Source: Thecamonas trahens ATCC 50062 (taxonomy: Eukaryota > Protista > Apusomonadida). Taken from it: a DNA stretch of 64,000 nucleotides. The translations under genes and the position numbers were made by a program. The stretch spans positions 466,709 to 530,708 of the forward strand of contig NW_013657674.1 of NCBI RefSeq assembly GCF_000142905.1. The letters run 5' to 3'. The notes beneath the pieces were generated by a model. That model was not told where the DNA came from. It did no database searches and saw nothing but the letters and a program-made list of their open reading frames with translations. Of this stretch, positions 1-10,900 are shown piece after piece (position 1 is the stretch's first letter; each line of letters opens with the position of its first letter).

Positions 1-1
1 G

Positions 2-1189
2 CTGCTCACTCGCATTGCCAACCGGCCGGACCTCGCCGCGTGGGGCTCAGAAAAAGGCGCGTTCAAGCGGCAGACCGTCAACCTGGTCGGGGTCGGGGTC
101 GAAGGCATCACGCCCGCAGCGTGGAACTCCTCGCACTGGATCTACTTTCCCGAGGAGATCTACCCGTTCTACCGCATCACGCTCCTCACCAACTTTTCGC
201 CGTACATGGTGCCCAAGCCTGGCGAGCAGTACTCGGTCCTGGTAGAGGTCTCCGAGTCCAAGTACCGCAAGGTCGATCAGGCGACGCTCGTCGACGACGT
301 CATCGCCGGCCTCAAGCACGCCGGCGTCATTCCGGACGGCGCGCCGATTGTCTCGCGCTGGCAGGAGCGGTTTGACTATGGCTACCCGGTGCCGTACGTC
401 GAGCTCACCGAGCACGTTCTCCGTGCCAACGACGAGCTGCTCCAGCTCGGCATCTGGTCGCGCGGTCGCTTCGGCAACTGGCGGTATGTGACGGGCAACC
501 AGGACCACGTGTGCATGCAGGGTGTGCAGGCCGTGGACAACATCCTGTTTGGCGACTACGAGGAGATTGTGTACGAGCCCAACGTGGTCAACGGCAAGAA
601 AGGCCAGCGCAAGATTCTCCCGCCTGAGATCAAGGACCATTGGGATGTAGTCATCCCCGGCTGCATCCCCGACCTCGCCGCTTGGCTCGCGCCGCTCCTC
701 GACGACCTCGCCGCCGCTGACATCGTCCCGCGGGTCTTTGTCTACTCGTCCTGCAAGTCGGATGGTGGCCTGCCGGACACGCTCACCTCCAAGTACGACA
801 TCCGGGTGGCGTCTGCGCCCACGTCGTCGGCAAACACCGCCAACCTCGTCACCTACGCCTCGCATGTCCTCGCTAACTACGATGATCTCAACCCGATCAC
901 CTTTTTCCTGCCCGGCGCTGCAACTATGGGCGCCTCACTCACCCATCCCTCGCCGCACGACTTTGACATCACCTCGTCGTACGAGAACCGCGGCCACTTT
1001 ATGTACCAGAAGGCTTCTGGCGTCACCGATCCGCTCTTCTGCACCTTCTTTGAGGCCCTCTACGCCTTTGATGGCCTCGACTGCCCTACCGCCTTTGAGT
1101 CGGCAGCCGCCTTCCACATCTCGCGCGGCACCCTCCTCCACCTCTTGCCTCAGGACTACCAGGCTTTGCTCATGCTCAAGCATGCGTAG
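2..1189 (+). CDS. Eukaryotic-type UDP-galactopyranose mutase (C-terminal part; 5' end outside window) with a C-terminal DUF3431-like extension
   Basis: The frame is open from base 2. It reads WIYFPEEIYPFYRITLLTNFSPY, SVLVEVSES, RFDYGYPVP and IWSRGRFGNWRYVTGNQDHVCMQGVQAVDNI, which match the fungal/trypanosomatid UGM C-terminus. About 185 further residues follow, including TYASHVLANYDDLNPITFFL. Confidence 0.88.
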   Translation: MLTRIANRPDLAAWGSEKGAFKRQTVNLVGVGVEGITPAAWNSSHWIYFPEEIYPFYRITLLTNFSPYMVPKPGEQYSVLVEVSESKYRKVDQATLVDDVIAGLKHAGVIPDGAPIVSRWQERFDYGYPVPYVELTEHVLRANDELLQLGIWSRGRFGNWRYVTGNQDHVCMQGVQAVDNILFGDYEEIVYEPNVVNGKKGQRKILPPEIKDHWDVVIPGCIPDLAAWLAPLLDDLAAADIVPRVFVYSSCKSDGGLPDTLTSKYDIRVASAPTSSANTANLVTYASHVLANYDDLNPITFFLPGAATMGASLTHPSPHDFDITSSYENRGHFMYQKASGVTDPLFCTFFEALYAFDGLDCPTAFESAAAFHISRGTLLHLLPQDYQALLMLKHA

Positions 1190-1405
1190 CAGGCTTCCTA
1201 TCGCCGAGCCCAGCTCGTCGCCCATCACCAAGTCTGCCCGTCGCCCAACCCATCGCCAATCGCCGAGCCCTTTGCGAGCAAACACCAGACTCTGTCCCTC
1301 CACCCCCCCACCCCCCCCCCCCCCCCCGATCCAACCCAACTCAGCCGGCCTTCCCTCGCACCCCCCCCCCCCCACCTCCACCCTCACTTCACTCCACACC
1401 ACTCC

Positions 1406-2665
1406 ATGTTCCGCTCAGCCCAGCTTGCGCTTCGTAGCGGCACATCCATGTGCGCCCACGTGCCGTCGCCACGGGTAGGGTGCGTGCTGGCCAAGAGAGC
1501 AGCAAGCGGTGCGGCAGTGACGCGAGGTGGCGTGAGCGTGAGCGACGACGGGGTCATCGCGGTAGCGGGCTTGGGGGAGATCCCGGGTGTGGCTGCTCGT
1601 GACTGTTGCCCATGCACAGAGTGTCGTCATCCAGAGACGCATCAACGGATGGTGGCAACCCACACGCTGGCGCGCGAGGCGGTGAGCCCGGCTGATGCAG
1701 AGATGGGCGACGACGGCGGAGTGGTCGTCACCTGGGGAGACGGCCATGTCTCGCTCTATTCAGCTGGCGAGCTGCCGGCGGTGTTTGGAAGCAATCGAGT
1801 GGCGGCTCGTCAGCCAATGCCGGAAGGAGTGGGGATCTCGCGCAGCGGTGGAAGCCCCGCGGCCGGTGACATTCCGCTGGAGCAGCTGGTGGCATCTGGT
1901 GCGCTGGAGATCGATGCCGGGTTGGGCCAGGAGCAGTACACCGAGCAGGTGCTCGACAATCTGGCGGCGTACGGTCTGGCGTTTGTCACCGGGGTTGAGC
2001 CATCGGCAGCGGCGACCCGTGCCTTGCTCGAGGGCATCTGCTTTGCGCGGGCGACCCACTACGGCGACTTTTGGGACTTTACTGCCGACCTGGAGCATGG
2101 CGATACAGCGTATACCAACCTCGCCCTCCGCCCGCACACCGACGGCACGTACTTTACCGATCCGCCGGGAGCCCAGATCCTGCACTGCCTCGAGCACGAC
2201 GGTAGTGGCGGCGACTCGGTCATGGTCGACGGCTTTGCGGCGCTTGATGCGCTTGCCGCCGCCAGGCCTGACCACTTTGATCTGCTCTCTTCGACGCCGC
2301 TGCGGTGGACCTATGTCGATGCCAATGACGTGTACTCTGCGGTGGCGCCGGCTGTGACCACCGACGCTGCGGGTGCACTCCGACAGCTGCGGTTCAACAA
2401 TGACGATCGCGATGGCTTCCCCGACGGCGACGCGTCCACCGTTGCTGCGTACTACGAGGCGTGGACCCACCTGATGGGCCTCGTCAACGACGCCAACGCG
2501 CCCTGGACCGCCACCTTCAAGCTCCTCCCGGGCACCGTCTGCTTCTTCGACAACTGGCGCACCCTTCACGGGCGAACCGCCTTTACCGGCAAGCGCCGCC
2601 TTGCCGGCGCTTACTACTCTGCGCAGGATCTTGCCTCGCGGCATGCCCGCATCAAGCGCGCTTAA
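1406..2665 (+). CDS. TMLHE: Trimethyllysine dioxygenase (TauD/2-oxoglutarate-Fe dioxygenase, carnitine biosynthesis), likely mitochondrial
   Basis: N-terminal Zn domain RDCCPCTECRH...WGDGHVSLY. THYGDFWDFTADLEHGDTAYTNLALRPHTDGTYF carries the HxD motif, and DNWRTLHGR is present. Arg-rich presequence MFRSAQLALRSG. Confidence 0.88.
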   Translation: MFRSAQLALRSGTSMCAHVPSPRVGCVLAKRAASGAAVTRGGVSVSDDGVIAVAGLGEIPGVAARDCCPCTECRHPETHQRMVATHTLAREAVSPADAEMGDDGGVVVTWGDGHVSLYSAGELPAVFGSNRVAARQPMPEGVGISRSGGSPAAGDIPLEQLVASGALEIDAGLGQEQYTEQVLDNLAAYGLAFVTGVEPSAAATRALLEGICFARATHYGDFWDFTADLEHGDTAYTNLALRPHTDGTYFTDPPGAQILHCLEHDGSGGDSVMVDGFAALDALAAARPDHFDLLSSTPLRWTYVDANDVYSAVAPAVTTDAAGALRQLRFNNDDRDGFPDGDASTVAAYYEAWTHLMGLVNDANAPWTATFKLLPGTVCFFDNWRTLHGRTAFTGKRRLAGAYYSAQDLASRHARIKRA

Positions 2666-2804
2666 ATCACTTGCCCTACACCACCAAGCAGGTCTACCAG
2701 TCCCGCCCCCCCCCCCCCCTCCCCCCTCATTCTTTGCCCTCTTCAAGCCGAAAAAAGGTAGAATCTTCCCCCACCCATCTCTCTCCGCTTCTCAGTCGGC
2801 CGCC

Positions 2805-5800
2805 ATGTCCAGCCGCCGCACCCGGAGGACCAACGCAGGCCAGCGGAGTGGCGCGTCCAAGCGACAGCAAGCGCTCGAGCGCATGGCTGCGCTCAAGGCT
2901 GGTACCTCTTCCATTGCAGGTGCATATGAGGTATGTCCTCATTTCCTATATCCTTCCTTCCCCCATGGCTATACCCCCCACCACCATGGTAGTCACCGCC
3001 CCTCGCCGTGTCTGGCTAAGATTCTACGACCCTTTTTGCTTCGCGGCTGGGAGCAGCTGACGGGGGCTGGTGTGGAGATGAGCGCAACTCACCGAGGATG
3101 CTACCCCCGCTACCCCCCCCCCCCCCCTCCCCTCCATCCACCTCTCTGCAGTTGGAGGAGGAGGAGGATGTGTATGAGCAGGTCGACGAGGCCACGTACA
3201 ACGCTATTGTGGCTGCTCGCCAGGCCGACGACGAGTTTATCGAGGACGACCTGGGTGATGGTGGCTATCGTGAGTCGGGCCTTGAGGTCTTTGACGTCAT
3301 GGAAGAGGAGGTCCAGGGTGAAGCTCCTCTTCGTCGTGCTCGCAAGGACGCGGCGCCCAAGTCTGGCTTGGAGCGTGCCATGGAGACCTCGGCTCGTCGC
3401 CGCGAGGCTGCGCCCAAGCGCCGCATTGCAAAGGCCTTTCTCACCGCCCAAAAGTCGGCCGCCGCCCGTGCCGGCACACGCAAGACGACTGTCACCACCA
3501 CGGCTGAGGATGATGACGAGTTTGAGGCCATGCTCAACTCACTCGGCGGGACCGGCGCCGGCGCGGCTGCCACCGGCCGCCTCGGTGCTGCTGCGTCGGC
3601 TGCCCCGATGGTCGACCCGCTCCTGGCCTCGCGCGTCGACACGGCCGCCGCCCTCGGTAGCGTGAGCAAGCTTGGCTCGACCCGCTTTGCCGCCGACCCG
3701 CTCACGGCCTCGCGCCTCACCGCGGCGTCGGGCTACGGCTACGGCGATGTCGACTACGACGCCGTCCTTCCGCCCGTCTCCAAGTCGCGCCCGCCGGTTG
3801 TCGACGACGACGGAGGCTTTGCAGACGACGACGGCACCGCAGACATGGAGCTCGAGGCGCCGTCGACGCCGCCGCGGGCGTCTCAGGACGAACCGCTCAC
3901 CGAGGCCGCCGCCAACACGCCGGAGCGCTCGCCAAAGAAGCGGCGGACGGCGACGGCGACCGACACCGCCAACGCTGTCTCGCCCGAGCCGATCGACGCC
4001 GGCGAGGTGCTTCCGGTGGCGCCGGAGCGCTCGTCCAACGTCGCGGTCCGCTCGTCAAAGCCCAAGCTCAAGAAGCGCCGCAAGCGGGCACCCGAGCCCA
4101 ACGCTGCCGCCCTTGGCTCTGAGGACCCGCTCGCTGGCAACGCCGCCGGTCCGCAGTACGTCGGCCAGTCGCTCGCCGGCTCGGGCGGCAACGACTGGTG
4201 GTCGGTATGCTCGCGCGACGACGAGAGAGCGCCGGCGACGGGCCAGGAGCCGGTGCCCGGCGCGGCGGCGCCGATGGCCATCGGCGCGTCGGCCAACGCC
4301 GTCCCGCGGCGGCCCGACGGTACCGTCCTCTTCTACTACCTCGACGCGTTTGAGGAGAAGTACAAGCGGCCCGGGACCGTGTACCTTGTAGGCAAGGTTG
4401 CCGCGCCCGGCTCGAACAAGTACGCCTCGGTCTGCGTCACGGTGCCGGGCATTCAGCGCCGGCTCTACGTCCTGCCGCGGGCCAAGAAGCTCTCGCCGGC
4501 CGGCATCCCTACCGACGAGGACGTCACCATTGCTGACGTTTACTCGGAGATCCATGCCATGCTCAAGGCCCGCGGCGTCAGCTCGTTTGCCTCCAAGCCG
4601 TCCGAGATGAAGTACGCCTTTGAGGAGCCCGACATCCCAGCCGAGGCCACCTACCTCGAGGTCATGTACTCGGCAGCACTCGCCAACCTCGACGACGTGG
4701 CCATGACCGGCGGCGCCACCTTTTCGCGCATCTTTGGCACATCGACGTCGGCCATGGAGGCCTTTATCATGCGCAAGCGGCTGATGGGTCCATCGTGGCT
4801 CCTTCTCTCTGCCGACGCCGTCGACTCTGGCGCGCGCGTCTCGTGGTGCAAGCACGAGGTCACCGTTGCCGGCCCGTCGCTCGTCTCGATCCCGGGCAAC
4901 GACATTGCCCTCCCGCCAGCGCTCCCGCCGCTCAAGGTCATGTCTATCTCGCTCAAGACGATCCTCAACCCCAACGCACACGCCAACGAGATCCTCATGG
5001 CCTCGTGCATTGTCCACCAAGGCGTCAACATGGAGTCGGCCACGCCCAACCCTGAGGCCGGCATGAACCACTTTTCGGCCGTCCGCCCGCTCTCCGGAAA
5101 CGCCATCATGACCCCGGCCTCGGGCGTTGCCCGCTTCACCGACTTTGTTCGCGCCAAGGCGCCGCAGGTCGAGGTCTGCTCCTCCGAGCGGGCGCTCCTC
5201 AACTACCTGCTCGCCAAGATTCACGTCATCGACCCGGACGTGCTCGTCGGCCACAACATTGTCGGCTTTGACATCGACGTCCTCCTCCACCGTTTCAAGG
5301 CGTGCAACATCTCGGCGTGGTCCAAGATCGGCCGCTTCCGCCGCAAGCACATGCCCAAGCTCCAGGCCGGTCCCGGCGGTGCCGGCAACTCGTCGTCGTC
5401 GGAGCGCGCCGCCGCCGCCGGCCGCCTCCTCTGCGACACTTGGCTCGGCTCCAAGGACCTTGTCCGCGAGGCCAACTACACGCTCGCCCATCTCTCCAAC
5501 AAGATGCTCGGCATCACGCGGACACCGATCGACATGTCGACGCTCCCCAGCTACTACGCCACCAACGAGACACTGCTTGACCTCATCCGCCACACCGAGA
5601 ACGACGCCTACCTCGCAGTCAAGCTCATGTTCCACCTCATGATGATCCCGCTCACCAAGCAGCTCACCGCGCTTGCCGGAAACCTCTGGTCGCAGACGCT
5701 CAACGGCGGCCGCTCGCTTCGCAACGAGTACCTCCTCTGCCACGAGTTCCACAACCTCGGCTACGTCCTGCCGGACAAGTTCTGGGCCACCGCCGGCTCG

Positions 5801-7828
5801 GGTGCCCGCGGCAGCGGCTCGGGCGGCGCCTCGCGCAAGAAGGGCCCGCGCCGCAAGAAGGCAGCCTACGCTGGAGGTCTCGTCCTCGAGCCCAAGCGCG
5901 GCTTCTACGATAAGTTCATCCTCCTCCTTGACTTCAACTCGCTCTACCCGTCGATCATCCAAGAGTACAACCTTTGCTTCACTACCGTTGAGCGCGTCAA
6001 GCTCACCGCCGTCGACGCCGCCATTGCCGAGAACCTCATTGCCGGCGCCGGCGACGGGACCGAGGCGGACGACATGGCGCTGGCCGAGTCGCTCGAGGCC
6101 TCGTCCGCCGACGGCCTCGGTGCGTCGGGCGCTCGCGTGCCCGACTCGTCGGTCTCGGAGGGCGTACTGCCGCGGCTGATCAAGACCCTTGTCGAGCGGC
6201 GCTCGCAGGTCAAGGCGCTCCTCAAGTCGGCGACGGACCCGCTGCTGCGGACCCAGTACGACATCCGGCAGAAGGCACTCAAGCTCACTGCCAACTCGAT
6301 GTACGGCTGCCTTGGCTTTACCTTTTCGCGATTCTACTGCAAGCCCGTGGCGTCGCTCATCACGTCACTTGGACGTGAGATTCTGCAGAACACCGTCGAC
6401 ATTGCCGAGTCGCAGCTCAACCTCGAGGTGGTGTACGGTGACACCGACTCGATCATGGTCAACACCGGGTCGACCAACCTCGACGACGTCCGGGCCATCG
6501 GCAAGCAGGTCATGCACGAGGTCAACAAGCGGTACAAGCTCCTCGAGCTCGACATCGACGGCATCTTCCAGTCGCTGCTCCTGCTCAAGAAGAAGAAGTA
6601 CGCCGCGCTCATGCTCGTCGAGCGCGATGGCGTGCTCACCACTGTCAAGGAGTCTAAGGGCCTCGACCTCGTCCGTCGCGACTGGTGCGAACTCTCCAAG
6701 GACGCCGGTAACTTTGTCCTCGACCGCATCCTTTCGGGCTCGGCACGCGATGAGCTTGTCGATACCATCCACGAGTTCCTTCGCAATCTCTCGGAAGAGG
6801 TCCGTGCCGGCCAGATCCCGCTCGGCAAGTTCATCATCACCAAGGGCCTCACCAAGGATCCGATGGACTACGCAGACTCCAAGTCACAGCCGCATGTCCA
6901 GGTTGCTCTCCGCATGCGCCAGCAGAACAAGCCCGCTCGCCGCGGCGACTACATTCAGTACGTCATCGTCAAGGGCGCGTCCAAGTCTGTGGCCGAGCGC
7001 GCGTTTTCACCCGACGAGGTCCTTCGCGCTAACGGCGAGCTCGAGCTCGATGTTGAGTGGTACCTCGCCCAGCAGGTCCACCCGCCAGTCTCGCGCCTGT
7101 GCGAGCCCATCGAGGGCACAGACCCGGGTCAGATTGCCGACTGTCTCGGCCTCGACTCGTCGCGCTTCAACCGCGTCTTCTACTCGGAGGGTGCCGACGA
7201 TCTGTTCCAGGCCGCTGCCGCCGCCTCGGACGCCGTCAAGTACAAGGACTGCCAGCGCCTCCTCGTCCCCTGCCGGACGTGCAAGGCCTCGCACCCGTTC
7301 ACCGGCCCCTTTGCCGTCAACGATGGCATCATCACCTCGGGCCTCCGCTGCCCGGGCACTCTGCCTGCCGACGACGCGTCTGCCGGCGCTACGCGCCCGT
7401 GCACAGGCGTCTTTGACCGCGCAGCCATCGACAACGCCATCACCCGCCAGCTCCGCACCCTGCTCAAGAGCTACTACGCCGCATGGTACGTCTGCGATGA
7501 CGAGTCGTGCTCCAACCGCACTCGCCAGGTCTCGCTCCGCGGCCACGGCCTGCAGTGCCTTGTCCCCATCTGCACAGGCACTATGCATCCCGAGGTTCCC
7601 TCCAAGACTGTCTACCTTCAGCTCCTCTACCTGCAGTCGCTCTTTGACGTCGACCATGCTCTCGACCAGTTTGGCGACGACGACGAGGACAAGGCTCTTG
7701 CCCGCCGCGTCCTCTCCCCCGAGGAGACCGATCTCCTCGCCAGCGTCCTCACCAAGGTCCAGGGCGAGCTTGGCAAGTGCGCCTACTACTTTGTTGACGG
7801 CAAGGCCATCTTTAGCATCTGTGCATAG
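2805..7828 (+). CDS. POLA1: DNA polymerase alpha catalytic subunit; join(2805..2930,3152..7828)
   Basis: Family-B motifs LLLDFNSLYPSIIQEYN, KLTANSMYGCLG, YGDTDS and KKKYA, plus C-terminal Cys clusters. A phase-0 intron at 2931..3151 (GTATGT...CTGCAG) joins MSSRRTRR...AYE to LEEEEDVYEQVDE. Confidence 0.96.
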
Positions 7829-7907
7829 ATTTTGTGCCCGACACCAGATAAAGTGATCCACTCTCGCATACCTATTTCACTCTGAACCGATCCCTCGGCG
7901 GCGGCGG

Positions 7908-10900
7908 CTACTGTGTCGCTTCAAACTTGCGCATGAACATGACAATCTTGTCGGAGAAGGTCTCGAGCTCGGCCTCGTACTGCTTGATCTTCTCGTTGTG
8001 CTCGGCCTGCCCACTCCGGACCAGCTGAAGCGCGTGCTCGGCCACCGCTCGCGCGTCAGCCACCACGCCCGTCAGCTTGGCGCACATCGACGCTAGCTGC
8101 GGCGGTGCAGCAACGCGGAGCTGCTCCACCATCGGGAGCAATCGCTCGATCTGCTCGATCGTGGCAGAGACCCCGGCCTCTGGATCGGCCCCGCTGAGCA
8201 AGGTCGCAAGCTGATCTTGCGACAACCGCATCGAGTTGAAATCGCTGCTGCTCGCGACCTCTGCTTCACCGGTCTCTCCGCGCCTGGTATCAATCTCCTC
8301 GGTCTCGGCCTCGGAGTACTCGTCGTCGCCACCAGGCGGTCCGCTGGCGTCGCTTGTCGAGCCCGAACCAGCCGGCGCTAGCAACGCCGCCAGCGCCTTC
8401 ATTCGGTCCGCAAGCGACTTGGCCTGCGGCCCGACATTGCTCAGCGTTGCAGAGACCCGCGTCGCAAGATCGCCGATGGCAGACTTGTACTCTTGGTTGC
8501 TCTGCTCAAACGACGACAAAATTTGCTGGGTCTCGCCGGCACCGGGCGCGCACTCGGCCTTGACTTTTTCCAGCTTCTCCGTCAGCAGCGCTGCCTTCTT
8601 CTCCGATACTCCCATCATCGCCAGCTGGACCTCAAGTACCGCCAGCAGCGTCGTCGACTGCTTCAGCTGCGAGTTACAGTGCTGCTCCACATTGGCCAAC
8701 ATCTCCAGCTGATGCTCGAGCGTGAGGAGTAGCCGCTGCAGCGCTGCCTGTGACGACGCCTGCATCTCAGGCGACGGCGGCGTCGCCAGTGCCTCGTCCT
8801 CACGCAGTGCATCAACCTGCACATCTAGCTGCGCGAGCTGAACAAGCACCCGCTCGCGCCGCACAAGCACGCCCTGCATCGCGTGCAGCTGGCTCAGAAC
8901 CGACGACGCCTCGCGCCGAAGGTGGTCGCACTGCTCCCACACGTGCTGCAGCGCGCCCTCGACACGCCGCACCTCGGCCTCGGAGAGGTTGCCAGCAAGC
9001 CGCAGCTTGTTCGCCAGCTCTGAGAGCCGTGACTCGGTCGAGGAGATAGCATCGATGACATCGGTGTGGAGCCGAAGAACGTGCGTGTCAAACACATGTT
9101 GCATCGTGCCCAGCCCGCTACCGCTCGCAGCGCGCACCGACGCAAACGCCGGTTCGCCCGCTCGCGCCACCCCCGAGGCGGACGCCGCCCGTCCGCGCCG
9201 AAGTGACGTCGGGTGCGAGCCCGAGCCCGAAGAGAGCGAGCCAAACTGCGAGGTCGGCGAGAGCATGGGTGCACCGTTCGGCGACTCGGCCACGCCGTCC
9301 TGTTCCGCGGTCCCGGTCTGTGCTAGCGCCTGGACGCGCGCTTCGATCGAGCCGAGCTGCGCGTCGAGCTGCGCTGCGCCCACGCGGCCCAGCGAGCCTG
9401 CTTCTTTGGCTGCACTGGTCCGCATCGCTGCGGCAGCGCGCTGGGCGGCTTCGGCAGCCTCTGACATGGCACTGGCCCGGGCATCGAGCTTGTCGACAGC
9501 AGCCTCGAGCTCGGAAATCCGCTCGTCGCGCGACGCGAGCTCCTTCTCCAGCCGCGCCCGTGCCGAGACCAACGCTGGCATTGAGAGGTCCGAGTCGACC
9601 GGCTCTGTTGCCCGCGGCGCTGCCGCAAGCGCGTCTGCGGTCGACGCCAGCTCGCGCTCGAGCGTGCTGCACTTGTGGCTGAGGTGCGCAACCTGCGCCT
9701 CGAGTGCGATTTTGTCGCCGGCAAGCGCGTTGAGCTGGCCCAACAGCTCTTTGGAGGAGAACAATGGTGAAGCGTCGAGACTTGGCTCGGGAATCCGTGT
9801 TGTGACCGGTCGCGAGCCGAGCATGCCAGCCGAGAGGACCGACGCCTCGAGCTCGGCATAGGCGGCCTCGAGCCAGGTGTTGGTCGACTTGAGCAGCTCG
9901 TTCTGTTGCTGCAGCGCAGCCAATTCCAGTCGCCGCGCCTCCCCCAGCGCCCGATGCCGAGCCGCCTCTTCCGGCTTCTGCAGCCCACTGGCAGCGTCAA
10001 GCTGCGCAGTCAGCGCCTCCAGGGAAGCCTCCAGCGCGGCGTACGACCCCGCATACTCGGATGCGTCTGTGCGGGCGCGATGGACGACTTTGTGCGCGTT
10101 GTCAAGCAGCATCTGCAAGTGCTTGGCCCTTTGCTCAGCCCGCTCGACAGTGTTCGCTGCAAGGCATGAGCCGGTGCAATGCGAGTTGGCTTCGGCAGAG
10201 CCAATCGATGCGTGGGCGTCGTCGACTGACTCGGTCGCCGCCGCCGCCACCTCGTCGGCAGCAGCAGCGGCAGCCTCGGCCAGCGCACGCGCGGTGGCGA
10301 CTGCGGGAGCTTCGGGCGGCGAGACCAGCTCTGCACGAGCCAGCTTGCCTTCGAGTGCCTTGACTTCGGCCTGGAGCTCATCGTTGGCAGCCGTCGCCTT
10401 GGAGAGCTGAGCAGTGAGAGTGGCATTAGCCGTCCGCAGCTTGACGAGCTCGATGTCAGCTTCGTTGGTGACCGAGCCGATGAGATCAAGTTTGTCGCGC
10501 TGGGTCGAGATGTGCTGGGTGGCGGCAGCATGGGCGGCGCGGAGCGCATCCAACTCTTCGCTCGCCGCCTGGAGCTGCGCCTCGAGCCGCGCGCTCTCTG
10601 CGCCCTTGATCTCGAGAGCATCGCGAGCAGTCTCAGCACTGACGCTCACCGCCTTCAGCTTTGCCCGCGCCGTTTCATACTTGAGTGCCACCGCCTCGAG
10701 CTGTTTGAGCACCTCGAGCTGATCTGCCGACATACCGCGGCGTGCAGCGTCAAGCGCGTGCGCCCGAGCGAGGTTGAGTGCGTTGGCCTCCTCCAGCACT
10801 GCCACTTGGTGAGCCAATGCATCCCGCTCGGCCACAGTCTCCTCCAGTTCGGAAATGCGGCCCTCCATTAGGCCGTCGTACGCAATCTGCAGCGCATTGT

